64,000 nucleotides of DNA, from NCBI GenBank assembly GCA_963709345.1, contig CAVPVX010000004.1, positions 64,001 to 128,000 on the forward strand, given 5' to 3'. Both the position numbers and the translations under genes were made by a program. Positions 60,609 to 64,000 of this stretch are shown here, piece after piece. The stretch comes from an uncultured Actinomycetes bacterium (GTDB lineage: Bacteria > Actinomycetota > Thermoleophilia > UBA2241). A model generated the notes under the pieces. That model made no database searches. It was not told the origin of the DNA and saw nothing but the letters and a program-made list of their open reading frames with translations. The first letter of the stretch is position 1. Every line of letters starts with the position of its first letter.

Positions 60609-61319
60609 GTGACCGCCTGGGTCATCGCCATCGGACGCATGTTGGGGCTGGGGTCCTTCGCCGGCATCCGCCCGTCGCTCACGCTCGCCGTCATCGGGGT
60701 CGTGACGTACTTCGACTGGAGCGTCGAGACCAATGCGACCTTCTCGTTCCTCAGCCACTGGCTGGCGATCGGCATCTTTGTCGTGCTCGCCATCTTCGAG
60801 TCGGCCTTCGACAAGATCGCCAAGCTGGACCGCCTGCAGGACCGGCTGATCATGCCGTACCGGCTCGTGATGGGCGGGGTGGCGGGGGCGGCCACCGCCC
60901 CCTTCGGCTGGAAGGGGATCGTCGTCGGGGCCGCCGCCGGCGCGTTCGCCGCCTGGTTCGCGCAATACACGAAGCACCTGACGCGGCCCAAGACGGTGCC
61001 GAGCGACGCGGTCGTCGCGCTCATCAGCACTGCCGAGGACCTGGGCGCCTTTCTCGGCAGTGTCGTCACTCTGGCGGTCCCGTACTTCGGGTACGCGGTC
61101 GCCGCCGCGGTCGGCGTCGTCTACTGGCGCGCGCGTGACCGGCGCCGGGGGAAGTACCGCAAGATGCGCAGGACGGCCCGCCGCCGCGCCGCGCGCGAAC
61201 CCGAAGCGGGCGGCGGGAGCGACACCGGTCCGGACGGAAGGCCCGAGTGGCCGCCTTCCTCCCCGGGTGACGACCGGCGGAGTGACGAGTCCGGCGAGGC
61301 CGCGGGGCCGAGCGCGTGA
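60609..61319 (+). CDS. DUF4126 family membrane protein
   Basis: AGIRPSLTL, FESAFDKIAKLDRLQD, STAED. Confidence 0.78.
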   Translation: MTAWVIAIGRMLGLGSFAGIRPSLTLAVIGVVTYFDWSVETNATFSFLSHWLAIGIFVVLAIFESAFDKIAKLDRLQDRLIMPYRLVMGGVAGAATAPFGWKGIVVGAAAGAFAAWFAQYTKHLTRPKTVPSDAVVALISTAEDLGAFLGSVVTLAVPYFGYAVAAAVGVVYWRARDRRRGKYRKMRRTARRRAAREPEAGGGSDTGPDGRPEWPPSSPGDDRRSDESGEAAGPSA

Positions 61320-61390
61320 ACACCCCGGCCGGGAGGTGGGCACGCGCATGACTGCCGGCATTCATGGTGGGGGCGACGGTGGCGGGTGAC

Positions 61391-62104
61391 GTGGCGGATC
61401 ACGGTGTGCGGCGCCTGCGCATGGTCGAGGACCAACTCGTCGTTCGCGGCATCGACGACGAGGACGTCCTCGCGGCGATGCGCTCGGTACCGCGCCACCT
61501 CTTCGTTCCCGACGACGTCGTCGCGGAGGCCTATGCGGACACCCCCCTGCCCATCGGCTTGGGCCAGACCATCTCGCAGCCGTACATGGTCGCCCTCATG
61601 ACCGCGCTGCTCGAGGTGGACGTCCGCACCCGCGTCCTCGAGATCGGGTCCGGAAGCGGCTACCAGACGGCGGTGCTGGCCGAGTTGGCCGGCGAGGTCT
61701 GCGCGGTCGAACGGCTCGCCCCGCTCGCCGAGCGAGCCCGCATCGCGCTCGCTCGCCTGGGTTACGCCAACGTACGTCCGGCGATCGGGGACGGCGCCAG
61801 AGGATGGCACGAGCTGGCGCCGTTCCGGGGCATCCTGGTGGCCGCCGCCGCCGAGGAGCCCCCGCCGGAGTTGCTCGGCCAGCTCGCGGACGGTGGGCGG
61901 CTCGTGCTCCCGGTGGGGTGCGCGGGTGGCGATCAGGTGCTCACCGTCATCCGGCGCGACGGCGATGCGTTCATCGGGCAGGAGGACGTGCGCTGTCGGT
62001 TCGTGCCCTTGCTGCGCGATCCGGATCCGGATCGCCGCCGGGCCGCCGCTCTGCGCCGCGGCGATGAACGCGTCTCGCGACCCATCGGCGAGGAGGCGAC
62101 GACC
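61391..62104 (+). CDS. pcm: Protein-L-isoaspartate O-methyltransferase (in frame with acyP as sequenced)
   Basis: VPRHLFVP, AYADTPLPIGLGQTISQPY, VLEIGSGSGY, CRFVPL. Confidence 0.92.
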
Positions 62105-62374
62105 GTGAAATGCGTTGATGTGCGGGTGAGCGGGACCGTGCAGGGAGTGTACTATCGGGCGAGCGCGCGCCGTGAGGGTGCGCTTCTCGGTCTGCGCGGC
62201 TGGGTGGGGAACGTGAGCGACGGTTCCGTCGTCTTGCGGCTCCAGGGCGAACCGGCTGCCGTCGACGCCATGCTCGACTGGTGTCGCATGGGGCCGCCGG
62301 CGGCCCGCGTGTCACGGCTGGAGGTGAGTGACGCCGAGGTCGATGAGTCACTGACGGGGTTCGAGGTGAGGTGA
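62105..62374 (+). CDS. acyP: Acylphosphatase
   Basis: VSGTVQGVYYR, GWVGNVSDGSV, GPPAARV; own RBS GAGGAGG. Confidence 0.9.
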   Translation: MKCVDVRVSGTVQGVYYRASARREGALLGLRGWVGNVSDGSVVLRLQGEPAAVDAMLDWCRMGPPAARVSRLEVSDAEVDESLTGFEVR

Positions 62375-63067
62375 ATGGCAGACAACGATGGTGAGCAGGC
62401 GATCGCGCCGGTCTCGTTCGAGACGGTGCAGGGCGACCACGAGGTCCAGGTCTTCATTCGCAAGGCCGATGAGAACCTCAGCGTGCTCGGGTATACCGAG
62501 CACGGGCCGCGGCACTGCCGGATCGTCGCCGAGAGCGCCCGGAGGGTTCTGCTGCTACTGGGCTACCCCGAGCGTACCGCCGAGCTGGCGGCGATCGCGG
62601 GGTACCTGCATGATCTCGGCAACGGCATCAATCGCCTTGATCACGGCATCGCGGCGGCCTTGATCAGCCAGAGGGTGCTTGAGCGCCTCGGCATGCCGGC
62701 CGATGAGTACGCCGAGGTGATGTGCGCGATCGGCAACCACGAGGAGCAGTACGGTGAGGCCGTCAGCCCGCTGGCCGCCGCCGTCATCCTCGCCGACAAG
62801 AGCGACGTGCATCGCAGTCGGGTACGTGTCATCGACCCCGAAACAGACGACATCCACGACCGCGTGAACATGGCGACCACGCGGTCGCTTCTCTCGGTCG
62901 ACGGCGATGCGCGCACGATCACGCTCGACCTCGATATCGACACCGCCATCATCCAGTTGATGCAGTACTTCGAGATCTTCCTGGACCGCATGGTGATGTG
63001 CCGCAGGGCGGCCGAGTTCCTCGGCTGCCGTTTCGGCATCGTGATGAACGGCACGCGGCTGCTCTAG
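62375..63067 (+). CDS. HD domain phosphohydrolase
   Basis: GYTEHG..H, LHDLGN, IGNHEE, ILADKSD. Confidence 0.88.
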   Translation: MADNDGEQAIAPVSFETVQGDHEVQVFIRKADENLSVLGYTEHGPRHCRIVAESARRVLLLLGYPERTAELAAIAGYLHDLGNGINRLDHGIAAALISQRVLERLGMPADEYAEVMCAIGNHEEQYGEAVSPLAAAVILADKSDVHRSRVRVIDPETDDIHDRVNMATTRSLLSVDGDARTITLDLDIDTAIIQLMQYFEIFLDRMVMCRRAAEFLGCRFGIVMNGTRLL

Positions 63068-63140
63068 GGCCGTGGCGCCGCCGATCGCGGAGGCGCTGTG
63101 TGCCGGATTCGAGGACAACGCAAGTGAGTGGAGGTGTCAC

Positions 63141-63485
63141 GTGAGCAGAGCCGGAAGAAGGGCGGGCAGAGCCGCCACGACGGCCGGGAGCGGCGGACGC
63201 CGCGGCGGCTTCGTGTTCGGAGCGGTGATCGGCACGGTCGCCGGCCTGCTCCTCGCGCCGAAGAGCGGCAGGGAGATCCGCGACCAGCTCTTCGGCCAGG
63301 GCGCCCTGGGCGCTCAGGTCGACCGGATCAGGGGCGCCATCGGCGCGGGCAAAGACTCGGCCGCCGGCCAGAACGAGGAGCTGAAGCGCAAGATCGAAGA
63401 GACGCGCGAGCGGCTACGCCGGCAGATGGACGAGGGCGGCGAAGGCGCCGCCGGCGGTCCCGCCGCCGGCGCGCCGGTCGAGTGA
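63141..63485 (+). CDS. YtxH domain protein
   Basis: FGAVIGTVAGLLLAPKSGREIR; GGAGG RBS. Confidence 0.82.
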   Translation: MSRAGRRAGRAATTAGSGGRRGGFVFGAVIGTVAGLLLAPKSGREIRDQLFGQGALGAQVDRIRGAIGAGKDSAAGQNEELKRKIEETRERLRRQMDEGGEGAAGGPAAGAPVE

Positions 63486-63498
63486 CCTGCGCCGCCGG

Positions 63499-64000
63499 GT
63501 GAAGCACGCGCTGAAGGCGACCGCCGCCTGCGCTGCGGGCGCCGTCATCGGCGCCGTCTACATGCTGCACGAGGCGCAGTGGGTGCGGCGGGTCGACCGG
63601 CGCCTTCCGGCGCCGGACGCCGCCGCCGCGCTCGACGGCCTCGTGGTGGTCCAGCTCTCGGACTTCCACGCGGGGTTCGCGCCCAGCCTCAATCTGCGCG
63701 CGATGCGGAAGGCCGTGGATCTGGCGCTCGCGGCGGCGCCCGACCTGCTGCTGATCACCGGTGACTTCGCCGGAGGGCCGCACGGCTCACGGGAGTTCCA
63801 GCGGCAGCTGCGGCGTCTCACTGCTCCCTTGGGCGTCTACGGTGTCTTCGGCAATCACGACCACGGTGACAGCAAGGCGCCGTTCGTGCGGCCGACGGAC
63901 CCCGGTGTCGTCGCCGCCTGCGGGGTCCGTCTGCTCTGCAACGAGACGGCGAGCCTCGAGTGTCGCGGCGCCACCATCCAGATCGGCGGTATCGACGACA
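63499..64000 (+). CDS. Metallophosphoesterase (partial, runs off the window end)
   Basis: Hand translation: QLSDFH, ITGDF, FGNHDH; start approximate. Confidence 0.85.
   Translation, partial: MKHALKATAACAAGAVIGAVYMLHEAQWVRRVDRRLPAPDAAAALDGLVVVQLSDFHAGFAPSLNLRAMRKAVDLALAAAPDLLLITGDFAGGPHGSREFQRQLRRLTAPLGVYGVFGNHDHGDSKAPFVRPTDPGVVAACGVRLLCNETASLECRGATIQIGGIDD

Overview
A very GC-rich bacterial window. Leaderless starts, extended -10 boxes and the gene repertoire suggest an actinobacterium, possibly Thermoleophilia (inference). Positions 1-39.7 kb and 55.6-64 kb are mostly housekeeping, metabolic and envelope genes: five PLP enzymes, a B12 radical SAM enzyme, msrA, mntP, a HEAT/GT2 pair, hydrolases, TetR and MarR/ABC loci, an HD-GYP protein, glnS beside tRNA-Gln, malic enzyme, pcm and acyP. 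The most striking feature is a ~15.7 kb accessory region between convergent tRNA-Gln(CTG) and tRNA-Glu(CTC) genes. It is divided by three extra copies of the tRNA-Glu 3' portion (39805, 45011, 52822). Conserved flanks and GGTTGCA arm-like repeats border these copies, yet no integrase is visible, which suggests a tandem array of related integrase-less cassettes. Their cargo includes two histidine kinases sharing an IS-like 3' junction, a PadR/hydrolase locus, IS3 and IS630 remnants and pseudogenes. Many short gene relics occur in intergenic gaps. Several single-base frameshifts, some possibly sequencing errors, break genes or create apparent fusions.
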